From NCBI GenBank assembly GCA_963776245.1, contig CAVZLN010000003.1:1056001-1120000 (forward strand): a stretch of DNA of 64,000 nucleotides, read 5' to 3'. Under the pieces are notes generated by a model, which ran no database searches, was not told the DNA's origin, and worked only from the letters and a program-made list of their open reading frames with translations. This DNA is from Candidatus Eiseniibacteriota bacterium (GTDB taxonomy: Bacteria; Eisenbacteria; RBG-16-71-46). The position numbers were made by a program, and so were the translations under genes. Each line of letters opens with the position of its first letter. Positions within the stretch are counted from its first letter, which is position 1. Positions 29,637 through 38,882 of the stretch are shown piece after piece.

Positions 29637-30142
29637 GCGACGAGAGAGCCAGGAACCCGCACACCGGGCAGCCGCTGCCCGAGGAGACCCGGCCGCGCGA
29701 CGCCGCGCCGCCCTCCGCCGGGGCGCGGGGAACGCAACCGGGTCACCCGGGCGGGCCCGCGCCGACGATGGGCGCCGCCGATCCGGCGTACGAGGCGGCG
29801 GCGGGGGCCTCGTCGTTCGCGGAGGCCCAGCAGGCCGCGACCGCCGCGCCCAGCCAGCAGGAGCTGGCCATCCGCGCCGCGCTCGGGACGGTGATGGACC
29901 CCGAGATCGGGCTCTCGGTCATCGATCTCGGCCTCATCCGCGAGATCCTGCTCCAGCCCGGGCACACCCACATCAAGATGATGCTCACGACGCCCTTCTG
30001 CCCGTACGCGCCCCAGATGATGGAGGACGTGAAGCAGGCGGCCCTGAGCGTGGTGCCCCAGGTCTGCGAGGTCGAGCTGCTGGTCGACCCGTGGAGCCCG
30101 GACCTGATGCCCGATCCAAGCCTCCTCGGGTACTCCTTCTAG
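29633..30142 (+). CDS. sufT: SufT/PaaD (DUF59) metal-sulfur cluster maturation protein
   Basis: V.DPEIG.SVIDLGLI, M.LTTPFCP, PWSPD.M. Long low-complexity N-terminus. Confidence 0.88.
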   Translation: MSDERARNPHTGQPLPEETRPRDAAPPSAGARGTQPGHPGGPAPTMGAADPAYEAAAGASSFAEAQQAATAAPSQQELAIRAALGTVMDPEIGLSVIDLGLIREILLQPGHTHIKMMLTTPFCPYAPQMMEDVKQAALSVVPQVCEVELLVDPWSPDLMPDPSLLGYSF

Positions 30143-30206
30143 CACCTCGCCTGACACCGACCGGCGACGCTCGAGGACGTTCGACGGTCGGGACCCGGAT
30201 GCCGCC

Positions 30207-30761
30207 TCACCAGTTGTAGGAGAGCCCCCAGTTGAGCTTCACCTGGGTCGCACCGGGGAGATGGTGGTACTTCGCCTCGACGAAGTTCTCGAGCTTGCCG
30301 GCGAGCGGGAACGTCAGCCCGCCCAGCGCCGCCAGTCCCCCGCGGATCGCGGCGTCCGAGTCGTCGATCGTGGGCACGGTCGAGCGCAGCGCGGCCGAGA
30401 GGAAGTGGATCCCGTAGCCGGCGCCCAGATACGGCCGCGCGTTGCCGACCTTGAATTCCCAGCGCGCGTCGAGCCCGAGCGTGGCGTCCTTGCGGGAGGA
30501 GGTGAAGTCGTAGGTCTGGGCCCGCACACGGGTGTGACTGCGCCAGTACTCGAGGGTCGGCATGAACACCAGTTGGGGCACGAGCGCGTCCGAACGCAGC
30601 CGGGCGCGCAGCGCCAGGCCCGAGAACGAACTCTGGTCCTGTTCCAGCACGGTGGAGGAGATGCCGTCGATGCCCGCGAGGGTGAGGCCCGCGCGCGCGG
30701 GGCCGGGGACGAGCAGGGCGAGCGAGAGCGCGGCCATGAGAACCAGGTCCGTCTGGCGCAT
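30207..30761 (-). CDS. Outer membrane beta-barrel protein (8-stranded OMP-like)
   Basis: Signal peptide (..PARA), amphipathic strands, RPYLGAGYG, C-terminal aromatic (GLSYNW). RBS AAGGAG. Confidence 0.8.
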   Translation of the reverse strand: MRQTDLVLMAALSLALLVPGPARAGLTLAGIDGISSTVLEQDQSSFSGLALRARLRSDALVPQLVFMPTLEYWRSHTRVRAQTYDFTSSRKDATLGLDARWEFKVGNARPYLGAGYGIHFLSAALRSTVPTIDDSDAAIRGGLAALGGLTFPLAGKLENFVEAKYHHLPGATQVKLNWGLSYNW

Positions 30762-30932
30762 GCATACTCCTTGGAGGGTCCATCCTCCGTCGAACGGCGC
30801 AGGGTGCAGGGGAGCGACCCGGGTACCGTAGCAGGCGCGCCGGCGCAGTGCCAGACCGAAGCGAGGACGGTACGGAATCGGGCCCGACGCGGATGCCCCT
30901 CCGCCCGGGCGGAACCACCCGCCAGGCGCCTG

Positions 30933-32540
30933 TCAGCGGGTGGCGAACCCCACCGCCGCGTCCTGCCAGGTGGCGACGCGGGTCCAGCGCAGTCCCTGCG
31001 ATCGCACCATCGCCTCGGTCGCGTCGGCGGGCCCGAACAGCCACACGCGCCCGTGCGCGTCGGCCTCGGCGGCGAGCGAGTCGCGGCTCACGAACACCTC
31101 CGCCCGCGTCGCCGCGTCGTCGAAGCGAGTTTCGCGCGGCACCTCGAGCAGGCGCACGCGCTCGCGAAGGTAAAATGACAGCCCGGCGTCGAAGCGCGCG
31201 AATTCCACCACCGGCTCCCCGGCGCGACGGTTCTCGCGCAACACCTCGACCACGGCGCGCGGCGAGCCGAGCGCGCGATCGTAGCGCGCCAGCGCCACCC
31301 ATGCGGCGGTGAGGCCCACCGCCACCAGCAGCGCGGCGCGCGCGGGCGGGCCGTCGGTGACGCGGAACGCGGCCAGCACCAGCGCCGCGAGCGCGATCCA
31401 CATCCCGGCCGGGATGCGGAACGCCTCCGGCGGGTCGATGCCGACGAGGCGGCCCAGCAGGTGGCGCGCGGCGATCCAGCCCGCGGCGGCGAGCACCAGC
31501 AGGAGCAGCCCGGTGGCATGGCGCAGCGGGCGCCCGCCGCGCTCGAACCCCATCGCCGCCAGCAGCGCCACCGCCGGCATGCAGGGCAGGAGGTAGGCGG
31601 GGAGCTTCGAGCCGGAGGTGGAGAACACCACCAGTGGCGCCACCAGCCAGAGGATCAGCAGCCGCGCCTCGAGCCGCGCGTGCTCCTGCCACGCGCGGCG
31701 CAGCCCGACGATCATCGCGGGGGTCCACGGCAGCGCGCCCGCGGCCAGCACCACGAGGAAGTACCACGGCGGCCCGGCGCGTTGGTGCGCGGTGGTGGTG
31801 TAGCGGACCCAGGTCTGCTCGCCGAGCAGGTAGCCGATCAGTCCCGGCGTGCGCGCCGCCACCACGAGGTACCAGGGCAGCGCCACCACGCCGAACCCCA
31901 GCCAGCCCCACCCCGGTCCGAGCAGCGCCAGCGGCGCGCGCTCGCGCTTCCAGGCCGCGGCCACCAGCACCGGCAGCAGGGTCGGCAGCAGCACCACCGG
32001 TCCCTTCGCCATGAACCCCGCGCCCAGCAGCGCCAGCGCCCAGGGCGAGGGCGCGAGCGCCCACCACCCGGCGACCGCCGCGGCGAGGAACGGATCGCTC
32101 GCCAGAGTGCGCCCGGCGGCGGCGAACAGCGCGGTGCCCAGCAGCAGCCACGCCGCGAGCGTGGGAGAGGCGACCAGCGCGCCGAAGCGTCGGCGGGCCG
32201 CGAGCGCGGTGAAGAGCAGCGTGGCGATCGCGGCGAGCGCCACCGGCACGCGCGCGCCCCACGCGTTCTCGCCCATCAGCCGCATGCCCGCCGCCGCCGC
32301 CCAGTAGGCCAGCGGCGGCTTGTGGAAGTGCGCGATGCCGTTGAGCCGCGGCGTGAGCCAGTCGCCGCCCCGGTTCATCGCGCGCGCGATCTCGGCGTAG
32401 CGCGTCTCGGTGGGCTCGAGCAGGCCCATGAGCCCCGCGGGCACCACCAGCAGGAAGGTCGCGACCGCCAACAGCACGGGAAGGCGGTCGAGCGGGCCGC
32501 GCGCGGGCGGCCCGGCTCGCGGGCTGCGCTCCGCCCCCAT
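30933..32540 (-). CDS. ArnT/PMT-like GT-C glycosyltransferase (family 83/39)
   Basis: EPTETRYAEIARAM...GDWLTPRLNG..HFHKPPL.YW, FMAKGPV, PWY, SKLPAYLLP. Multiple TM segments. Confidence 0.9.
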   Translation of the reverse strand: MGAERSPRAGPPARGPLDRLPVLLAVATFLLVVPAGLMGLLEPTETRYAEIARAMNRGGDWLTPRLNGIAHFHKPPLAYWAAAAGMRLMGENAWGARVPVALAAIATLLFTALAARRRFGALVASPTLAAWLLLGTALFAAAGRTLASDPFLAAAVAGWWALAPSPWALALLGAGFMAKGPVVLLPTLLPVLVAAAWKRERAPLALLGPGWGWLGFGVVALPWYLVVAARTPGLIGYLLGEQTWVRYTTTAHQRAGPPWYFLVVLAAGALPWTPAMIVGLRRAWQEHARLEARLLILWLVAPLVVFSTSGSKLPAYLLPCMPAVALLAAMGFERGGRPLRHATGLLLLVLAAAGWIAARHLLGRLVGIDPPEAFRIPAGMWIALAALVLAAFRVTDGPPARAALLVAVGLTAAWVALARYDRALGSPRAVVEVLRENRRAGEPVVEFARFDAGLSFYLRERVRLLEVPRETRFDDAATRAEVFVSRDSLAAEADAHGRVWLFGPADATEAMVRSQGLRWTRVATWQDAAVGFATR

Positions 32541-32542
32541 GC

Positions 32543-33265
32543 TCACTCGCCGAGCACGCGGTAGCGCACCAGCCGCGATCGCAGCCACAGCACGCCCACC
32601 AGGTCGGCGAGCCCGCGGCCGAGGCGGTTCATCACGCCGTACTTCGACCGCCCGTGGCGCCGCGCGCGGTGGCGCACCGGCACCTCGACCACGCGCGCGC
32701 CGCGGAACCCGCACAGCGCGGGCAGGAAGCGGTGCATGGTGGTGAAGTACGGCAGCGCCTCGAGGGCCTCGCGGCGGTAGGCTTTGAAGGAGCACCCGAT
32801 GTCGGTGACGCGGTCCCCCAGCACCAGCCGGCGCGCGCCATTGGCGATCCGCGACGACACCAGCCGCACCCACGTGTCCTGGCGGCCCTGGCGGACGCCC
32901 GAGACCACGTCGGCGGATTCGAGCGCCGCGAGCAGCCGGGGCAGGTCGGCCGGGTCGTTCTGCAGATCGGCGTCGAGCGTGACCACGATGGCGCCGCGGG
33001 CGCGCAGGAACCCCGCGGCGAGCGCCGCGCTCTGACCCGCGCGGGCGGCGAGCCGGACCGGCCGAATGCGCGGGTCGAGCCGCGCCGCCTCCAGCAGGCG
33101 CGCGCCGGTCCCGTCGTCGCTCCCGTCGTCCACCAGCACCAGTTCGTAGCTCTCGCCGGTGGGGCCGAGCGCCTGTCCCAGCTCGGCGAGCAGGGGCGCG
33201 AGGTTCTCGGCCTCGTTGTAGGCCGGGATGACGACGGAGATCCGGATGGGAGTGGGCGCGTTCAT
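32543..33265 (-). CDS. GT2 polyprenyl-phosphate glycosyltransferase (ArnC/DPM1-like)
   Basis: SVVIPAYNE, VDDGS.D, TLDADLQNDP, D.GC.FK, HRFLP, R..G.SKY. Confidence 0.93.
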   Translation of the reverse strand: MNAPTPIRISVVIPAYNEAENLAPLLAELGQALGPTGESYELVLVDDGSDDGTGARLLEAARLDPRIRPVRLAARAGQSAALAAGFLRARGAIVVTLDADLQNDPADLPRLLAALESADVVSGVRQGRQDTWVRLVSSRIANGARRLVLGDRVTDIGCSFKAYRREALEALPYFTTMHRFLPALCGFRGARVVEVPVRHRARRHGRSKYGVMNRLGRGLADLVGVLWLRSRLVRYRVLGE

Positions 33266-33383
33266 GGTGGCGGAGCGCGCAGCATGTCAGACGGCGCGCT
33301 GGGGCGCCAGCGTCGCGCGGGCCCGCCGGGTGCCACTGTCGGCCGGGCTGGAGCGACCGCCGTCTCTGTGTTAGACATGCCGC

Positions 33384-34010
33384 GTGCCTGCGCTCGACCG
33401 CGACCCCGAACGCCGCCGATCCGTCCGTCGGCGCGCCCTCGTGCCGCTCGAACAGCTCCAGATGGAGTTGGGGCGCGATCGGCCGCGCTGGACGTTCTCG
33501 CGGCTGGTCACCGGCTCGCCCCATCGCGAACGCATCCGCGAACGGGTGGAGTTCGTGCGGCGCTTCTTCCCCGAGCTCGACGCCGTGACCGTCCGGGTCG
33601 GCCTGGCGCTGAAGCGCGGCGTGCTGGGCTGGGGCTCGATGGACCCCGCACGCCCCGGCATCTGGGTGCGCCCGCGCCGGCTCGAATACTTCACCATCGC
33701 CCACGAGCTCACCCACCTGCTCCAGGCGCGCGGCCTGCTGCCGCGCGGCGAGCGCGCGTGCGACCTGTGGGCGCTGGCGCGCACCCCGCTGCTGGTGGAC
33801 AGCGCGCCCGCCTACCTGCGGGTGCCGCGCGGCCTGCGCGGACGCCGGCTGGTGGCCGAGGAGTCCTCCCGGCTCTGCCACGCGGCGCGCCGCGCGATCG
33901 CCGCGCGCGAGGCGGGCGACCGGCGCTACCTGGTGCGGTTCGAACGCGAGGCGGCGGCCCCGGCCGCGTCGCACGATGCGTCCCCCGCGCTCGGGGACGC
34001 GGCGCCGTGA
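33384..34010 (+). CDS. Hypothetical protein with HExxH metallopeptidase-like motif
   Basis: TIAHELTHLLQ followed by GERACD. Start uncertain (GTG 33441 possible). Confidence 0.65.
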   Translation: MPALDRDPERRRSVRRRALVPLEQLQMELGRDRPRWTFSRLVTGSPHRERIRERVEFVRRFFPELDAVTVRVGLALKRGVLGWGSMDPARPGIWVRPRRLEYFTIAHELTHLLQARGLLPRGERACDLWALARTPLLVDSAPAYLRVPRGLRGRRLVAEESSRLCHAARRAIAAREAGDRRYLVRFEREAAAPAASHDASPALGDAAP

Positions 34011-34426
34011 GGTGCATCCGGGTCGCCGCCGCGGTGGTATTGCACGAGGGGCGCGTGCTGCTCACGCAGCGCCCGCCGGGCGGCGCGAACCCGATGATGT
34101 GGGAGTTCCCCGGCGGCAAGCTCGAGCCGGGCGAGAGCGTGCCGCAGGCGCTCGCGCGCGAGATCGCCGAGGAACTGGGGGTGACCGCGACCCCGCACGA
34201 GCCGGTGGGCTCCAGCACGTACACCTATCCCGGCGGACTGCGGGTCGAGATCGAGTTCGTGCGCTGCACCCTCGCCACGCACGCCTTCCAACCCAACGAC
34301 GAGGTGAACGACCTGCGCTGGCTGCGGCCGGCGGAGGTGGACCTGCGCGAGGTGCTGGCCGCCGATCGCGACTTCCTGGTCTCGATGGGCGCCTCGCCGC
34401 TCGCGGACGGACCGCACGGAGGATGA
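34007..34426 (+). CDS. MutT/NudG-like (d)NTP pyrophosphohydrolase
   Basis: VLLTQRP..., WEFPGGKLEPGES..QALAREIAEELG. GTGA overlap. Confidence 0.9.
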   Translation: MRCIRVAAAVVLHEGRVLLTQRPPGGANPMMWEFPGGKLEPGESVPQALAREIAEELGVTATPHEPVGSSTYTYPGGLRVEIEFVRCTLATHAFQPNDEVNDLRWLRPAEVDLREVLAADRDFLVSMGASPLADGPHGG

Positions 34427-34584
34427 CGATGTCGCTGCCCGAAGGCCTGCAGTTCCTCCAGCTCGGATGGTGGGTGGTCCACCTCGCGGCCGTCCTGCTG
34501 GTCTACTCCTACGGCCTCGCCAAGGGGCGCGGAGCGGAGCGCCGGGCGCAGCGCATCCGCGAGATGGAGAAGGGCAAGCGATAG
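34423..34584 (+). CDS. Small hypothetical membrane protein
   Basis: One TM helix (LGWWVVHLAAVLLVYSYG) with basic tail. ATGA coupling and GGAGG RBS. Confidence 0.65.
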   Translation: MTMSLPEGLQFLQLGWWVVHLAAVLLVYSYGLAKGRGAERRAQRIREMEKGKR

Positions 34585-34649
34585 CGCGAAGCGCGGATGT
34601 GGCGGTTCCCGGGTCGGCGGCGCACGCCGCCGCGACGCGGCGGTTCCCA

Positions 34650-34679
34650 TTGACTCGGTCCCGGGTCGCGCCCTAGCGT
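34650..34679 (+). promoter_or_regulatory. Putative sigma70-type promoter
   Basis: TTGACT-N18-TAGCGT upstream of the radical SAM operon. Confidence 0.45.
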
Positions 34680-34711
34680 GCGTTCGTCGTGATCGGATCG
34701 CGGGAGGCCAC

Positions 34712-35092
34712 GTGGCGGTCAACGAGACGTTCGGCTGGATCTGGATCCTCACGGGGGTGCTCGCGGGGCTCGTGCTCGGTCTCCGGTTCCATCAGGACGA
34801 CTGGCTGGGCGGCTACGCCACGCTGCGCCGCCGCCTGGTCCGGCTGGGGCACATCTCGTTCGTCGGGCTGGGCATCCTCAACATCCTGTTCGCGCACAGC
34901 GCGGCCCGGATGGCCCTCGACCCGGCGGGGCTGCGGATCGCCTCCATCGCCTTCCTCGTCGGCGGGATGAGCATGCCCGCCTGCTGCGCGCTCATGGCCT
35001 GGCGGCGGGGGCTCCAGCCCCTGTTCGCGGTGCCGGTGGTGAGCCTGCTCGGAGCGCTCGGCGTGGTCGTGCGCGGATTGCTGCGGCCGTGA
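34712..35092 (+). CDS. Hypothetical 4-TM membrane protein
   Basis: Hydrophobic helices; WLGGY...RRRLVRLGHISF.GLG.LN. RBS GGAGG. Confidence 0.75.
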   Translation: MAVNETFGWIWILTGVLAGLVLGLRFHQDDWLGGYATLRRRLVRLGHISFVGLGILNILFAHSAARMALDPAGLRIASIAFLVGGMSMPACCALMAWRRGLQPLFAVPVVSLLGALGVVVRGLLRP

Positions 35093-36435
35093 GGCTCGGG
35101 CTCATCGCCATGAGCGGCGTGCGCGCCGCCAATCCCGAGCTCACCAGGGTCGGCCTCACGCTCCCTGGCTTCGTCGAGCGCAGCAAGGTGATCGCGTCCC
35201 TGCCGAGCCTCTCGCTGCTGACGCTCGCGGCGCTCACCCCGCCGGACGTGGAGATCGAGTATCGCGAGGTCCCCGACCTGAGCGCGGAACCGGCGCCGGT
35301 GGGCGAGTACGACCTGGTCGCGATCGCCACCTACTCGGCCCAGGTCCGGGACGCCTACCGGCTGGCCGGCCTCTACCGGGAGCGGGGCGTCCCGGTGGTG
35401 ATGGGCGGCCTCCACGTCAGCGTGCTGCCGGAGGAGACGCGCGCGCACGGCGTGGTCCCGGTGGTGGGCGAGGGCGAGGTCGTGTGGCCCCGGATCATCG
35501 AGGACTTCCGCGCCGGGCGGCTCGCCGGCGAATACCGCGGCGTGCTGGAGGAGGGCTACGACCTCGCCGAGGCGCCGATCCCGCGCTACGACCTCCTCGA
35601 CCCGGAGCGCTACAACCGGCTCACGGTTCAGACCAGCCGCGGATGCCCGCATCGCTGCGACTTCTGCGCCAGCTCGATCCTGATCGCGCCGCGCTACCGC
35701 GTGAAGCCGGTGGAGCGGGTGATCGCCGAGATCCGCCGGATCAAGCAGGTCTGGCCGAATCCCTTCATCGAGTTCGCGGACGACAACAGCTTCGTGGTGC
35801 GGAAGCACTCCAAGGAACTGCTGCGTGCCCTCGCGGCGGAGAACGTGAAGTGGTTCACCGAAGCGGACATCTCCATCGCGCAGGACGAGGAGATGCTGGA
35901 CCTGATGCGGGAGAGCGGGTGCCGGCAGGTCCTGATCGGGCTGGAGAGCCCGGTCGCGGGCGGGCTCGACGGCATCGAGACGCGCGGCAACTGGAAGCTG
36001 CGGAAGTTCCCCGACTATGAACCGGCGATCCGCACCATCCAGTCGCATGGCATCACCGTGAACGGGTGCTTCGTGCTGGGGCTCGACGGGCACACCGAGG
36101 CGATCTTCGACTCGGTCTACGACTTCGTCGAACGGTCGGGGCTCTACGAGGTGCAGATCACGGTGCTGACGCCGTTCCCGGGCACTCCGCTCTATCGCCG
36201 GCTCCGGGAGCAGGGCCGCCTGCTCGCCGAGGGCGCGTGGGAGCGGTGCACGCTGTTCGACGTGAACCATGTCCCGACCGGGATGACGCCCGAGCGCCTC
36301 CAGTCGGGGCTCGTCGATCTGGGCCGCAGGCTCTACGAGCCGGGCTTCATCGAAGCGCGCCGGAAGCGCTTCTTCACCGAGCTGCGGCGCCACCGGGCCG
36401 CAGCCCGCCACCCCGGGGAGCCCCATGAGAACTGA
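35089..36435 (+). CDS. Cobalamin-binding radical SAM protein
   Basis: N-terminal B12-binding domain (PSLSLLTLAALTP, VVMGGLHVS, VGEGE); SRGCPHRCDFC; FADDN; IGLES; TPFPGTPLY. Confidence 0.92.
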   Translation: MRLGLIAMSGVRAANPELTRVGLTLPGFVERSKVIASLPSLSLLTLAALTPPDVEIEYREVPDLSAEPAPVGEYDLVAIATYSAQVRDAYRLAGLYRERGVPVVMGGLHVSVLPEETRAHGVVPVVGEGEVVWPRIIEDFRAGRLAGEYRGVLEEGYDLAEAPIPRYDLLDPERYNRLTVQTSRGCPHRCDFCASSILIAPRYRVKPVERVIAEIRRIKQVWPNPFIEFADDNSFVVRKHSKELLRALAAENVKWFTEADISIAQDEEMLDLMRESGCRQVLIGLESPVAGGLDGIETRGNWKLRKFPDYEPAIRTIQSHGITVNGCFVLGLDGHTEAIFDSVYDFVERSGLYEVQITVLTPFPGTPLYRRLREQGRLLAEGAWERCTLFDVNHVPTGMTPERLQSGLVDLGRRLYEPGFIEARRKRFFTELRRHRAAARHPGEPHEN

Positions 36436-36811
36436 CTGGATCCGCCCGTTCTTCATCGTCGCGGCGCTCTACGACATCCTGCTGGGCCTGCCGTTCCTGT
36501 TCGCCTACCCGGCCATCTACGCGCGCTTCGGGATCGCGCTGCCCAATCACCCCGGCTACATCCAGTTTGGCGCGGCGGTGGTGACCATCTTCGGGATCGG
36601 ATTCTGGATGGTGGCACAGGCCCCGCGGCGGAACCGGGACCTCATCCTCCTCGGCATCCTGTTCAAGTTCGCGTACGCGGGCACCGTGCTCGGGCACCTC
36701 GCCGGCGGCCGGATCCCGGCCCTGTGGGTCCCGTTCGCCTTCATCGATCTGGCGTTCGCGCTCGGCTTCTTCGTCGCGCTGGTGGCGCTGCCGCCGCCGG
36801 CACGGGAGTGA
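36425..36811 (+). CDS. Hypothetical 4-TM membrane protein
   Basis: Four hydrophobic segments; AALYD..LG, K..Y, FAFIDL.F. Overlaps both neighbours. Confidence 0.75.
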   Translation: MRTDWIRPFFIVAALYDILLGLPFLFAYPAIYARFGIALPNHPGYIQFGAAVVTIFGIGFWMVAQAPRRNRDLILLGILFKFAYAGTVLGHLAGGRIPALWVPFAFIDLAFALGFFVALVALPPPARE

Positions 36812-38244
36812 GCGCCGCTCGCCGCGCGCTCGCCGGCCTCGGGCTCCTCGCCCTCGGCGTGGCCGCGCTGGGCATCCCGGTGGTGGTCGCGCAGCTCGCG
36901 CCGCCGTGGTTCTCCCCGATCCCGCATTCCACGGACCTTCCGCTGCAGCTGTTCGCGTGCACCGGGAGCGTGGCCCTCGCCCTGTTCGGGGCGCTGCGCA
37001 TCCGCCGCCAGAGCGGACGGCCGGCGGAGGACCAGCTGCCGCTGGTGGCGGGGATCCTCGTCGGCCTGTTCTTCCTCGCGCTGGCCATGGAATACGGGCA
37101 CCGCTCCTGGGACTACGACTGCTACGAGGGTGCGGCGAAGGCCGTCCTGGCCGGCACGCCCCTCTACGGGAGCGGGTACATCTACCCGCCGCTGCTGGCG
37201 GAGGGCTTCGCGACCCTGCACCGGGTCATCGGGTTCGGCCTGTCGCACGCTCCGATCCACGTGCGATCGGACGCGGACAGCGTCTGGCACCTGGTGCTCT
37301 ACGTGTTCCAGTGCCTGCAGGTGGGCCTCGCGATCGCCGCGTACGTGCTGTGCCTCGCCTTCGCGCGCCGGCTCGGGCTCCGTCCGCTCGCGGCCGCCGC
37401 GCTCGCCTGCGCGCTGGTGGTGTTCGACAATCCCCTGCTGCGCACCCTCAAGCACGACCAGATGAACCTGTGGATCCTCGACCTCTCGCTGGCGGCCATG
37501 CTGCTGGCGGACCGGCATCCGTGGCCGGCGGGACTCGCGGTCTCGCTCGGGGCCCATCTCAAGCTCTACCCCATCATCCTGCTGGGCCCCTGGCTGCTCG
37601 AGCGACGGTGGCGCGCGTGCCTCGGCGCGGCCGCTGGCGTGGCCGGTATCCTGCTGGTCGAGACCCGGGGTGGACGCGACTGGACGCGATGGCACGACTT
37701 CGTGGCCGCCATGGGCTCGCTGGGCGGGAGCCCGGTCGCGTTCCGGGACAACAGCGTGCGCGGCATGGTCACGAGCACGCTGCGGCTCGCGACCGGGAGC
37801 ACGGACCGGCTGCCGGACGCGCTGCAGGCGGCCGCCAACGTGGTCGTGGCGCTGGCGACGCTGGGCGCCGCGGGGTGGCTGGTCGCGCGCTTCCTCCGCC
37901 GGGAGCGGGACGCGCGCTCGGCTCAGGCGGCGACGGGAGCGCCGGGGCCGCTGGCCGGGGTGTGGAGGCGTGACGGGCACATGGTGGACGCTCTCGCGTT
38001 CTCCCTGCTCGCCGCGCCGCTGGTCTGGGAGCACCACTACGTGCTCGCGATCCCGCTCGTGATCTGGGCGATCGCGACCCGCATCCGGGAGCACCCCTGG
38101 CTCATCGGCGGAGGGACGCTGCTCATGCTCGCGGTCCCGACCATCGATGTGTATCCGCTCGGCTATCACCGGCTGGCGGGCCTGATCCTGGTCCTCATCG
38201 GGACGGGCGGTCGCGCCCGCGCCGTTCCGGCCCGCACCGCGTAG
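36808..38244 (+). CDS. GT87 (DUF2029, PimE/MptC-like) membrane glycosyltransferase
   Basis: DYDCY..AA......G..LY, YIYPP, Q.NL, HLKLYP, PLVWEHHY. Many TM segments. Confidence 0.82.
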   Translation: MSAARRALAGLGLLALGVAALGIPVVVAQLAPPWFSPIPHSTDLPLQLFACTGSVALALFGALRIRRQSGRPAEDQLPLVAGILVGLFFLALAMEYGHRSWDYDCYEGAAKAVLAGTPLYGSGYIYPPLLAEGFATLHRVIGFGLSHAPIHVRSDADSVWHLVLYVFQCLQVGLAIAAYVLCLAFARRLGLRPLAAAALACALVVFDNPLLRTLKHDQMNLWILDLSLAAMLLADRHPWPAGLAVSLGAHLKLYPIILLGPWLLERRWRACLGAAAGVAGILLVETRGGRDWTRWHDFVAAMGSLGGSPVAFRDNSVRGMVTSTLRLATGSTDRLPDALQAAANVVVALATLGAAGWLVARFLRRERDARSAQAATGAPGPLAGVWRRDGHMVDALAFSLLAAPLVWEHHYVLAIPLVIWAIATRIREHPWLIGGGTLLMLAVPTIDVYPLGYHRLAGLILVLIGTGGRARAVPARTA

Positions 38245-38272
38245 CGCCGGCGCGCGTCCCGCGCGGCGCGGA

Positions 38273-38857
38273 TCAACGCGGCGCTGCGGCGCCTTCCACC
38301 CGCGCGGCGTCCGCGAGCCGCCCCAGCGCGCTGAGCAGCGCGCGCAGGATCTCGGGAGGGCGCGGGGGACAGCCGGGGACGCGGACGTCCACCGGGAACA
38401 CCGCCTGCACCCCATCGAGGGTGGCGAACGACCCGGCGCAGAACCCGCCGTGACAGGCGCAGTCCCCCACCGCGACGATCAGACGAGGTCGCGGCGTGGC
38501 CTCGTCCGTCAGGCGCAGCGCCTCCTCGAGGTGGCGCGCGGGCGGGCCGGTGACGAGCAGCCCGTCGGCGTGGCGCGGCGAGGCCACCACGTCGATGCCG
38601 AAGCGCTGCAGATCGTAGAACGGATTGAGCAGCGCCTGGAGCTCGCTCTCGCACGCGTTGCACGAACCGGCGTCCACGTGGCGCAGCCGCAGCGAACGCC
38701 GCAGCACGCGCTGGACCTCGGCGCGCAGCGCGTGGCCGAGCACCTCGATCTCGCCCGCCTCCGCGCGCGGCGCGCGTTCGAGGCCGGCGGGCCAGGCGAT
38801 CGCTGGCTGGCCGGTCTCGACTCCGCGCCGCAGCGCGCGCCAGACGATGTCCCACAT
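38273..38857 (-). CDS. hyfI: Group 4 hydrogenase/Ehr small subunit (NuoB/HycG/HyfI-like)
   Basis: RHVDAGSCNACE, YD.QRFG...VASPRHAD, AVGDCA, PGCPPRP. Confidence 0.9.
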   Translation of the reverse strand: MWDIVWRALRRGVETGQPAIAWPAGLERAPRAEAGEIEVLGHALRAEVQRVLRRSLRLRHVDAGSCNACESELQALLNPFYDLQRFGIDVVASPRHADGLLVTGPPARHLEEALRLTDEATPRPRLIVAVGDCACHGGFCAGSFATLDGVQAVFPVDVRVPGCPPRPPEILRALLSALGRLADAARVEGAAAPR

Positions 38858-38882
38858 GGTCAGGCTCCCGCGCCCGCGGCGT

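Noticed and set aside
30839..30853. TGGCAC-N5-CGGC possible sigma54 promoter upstream of the OMP gene (similar at about 33321-33335)
   Set aside because: The -12 element lacks TTGC; matches of this quality are expected by chance in GC-rich DNA.
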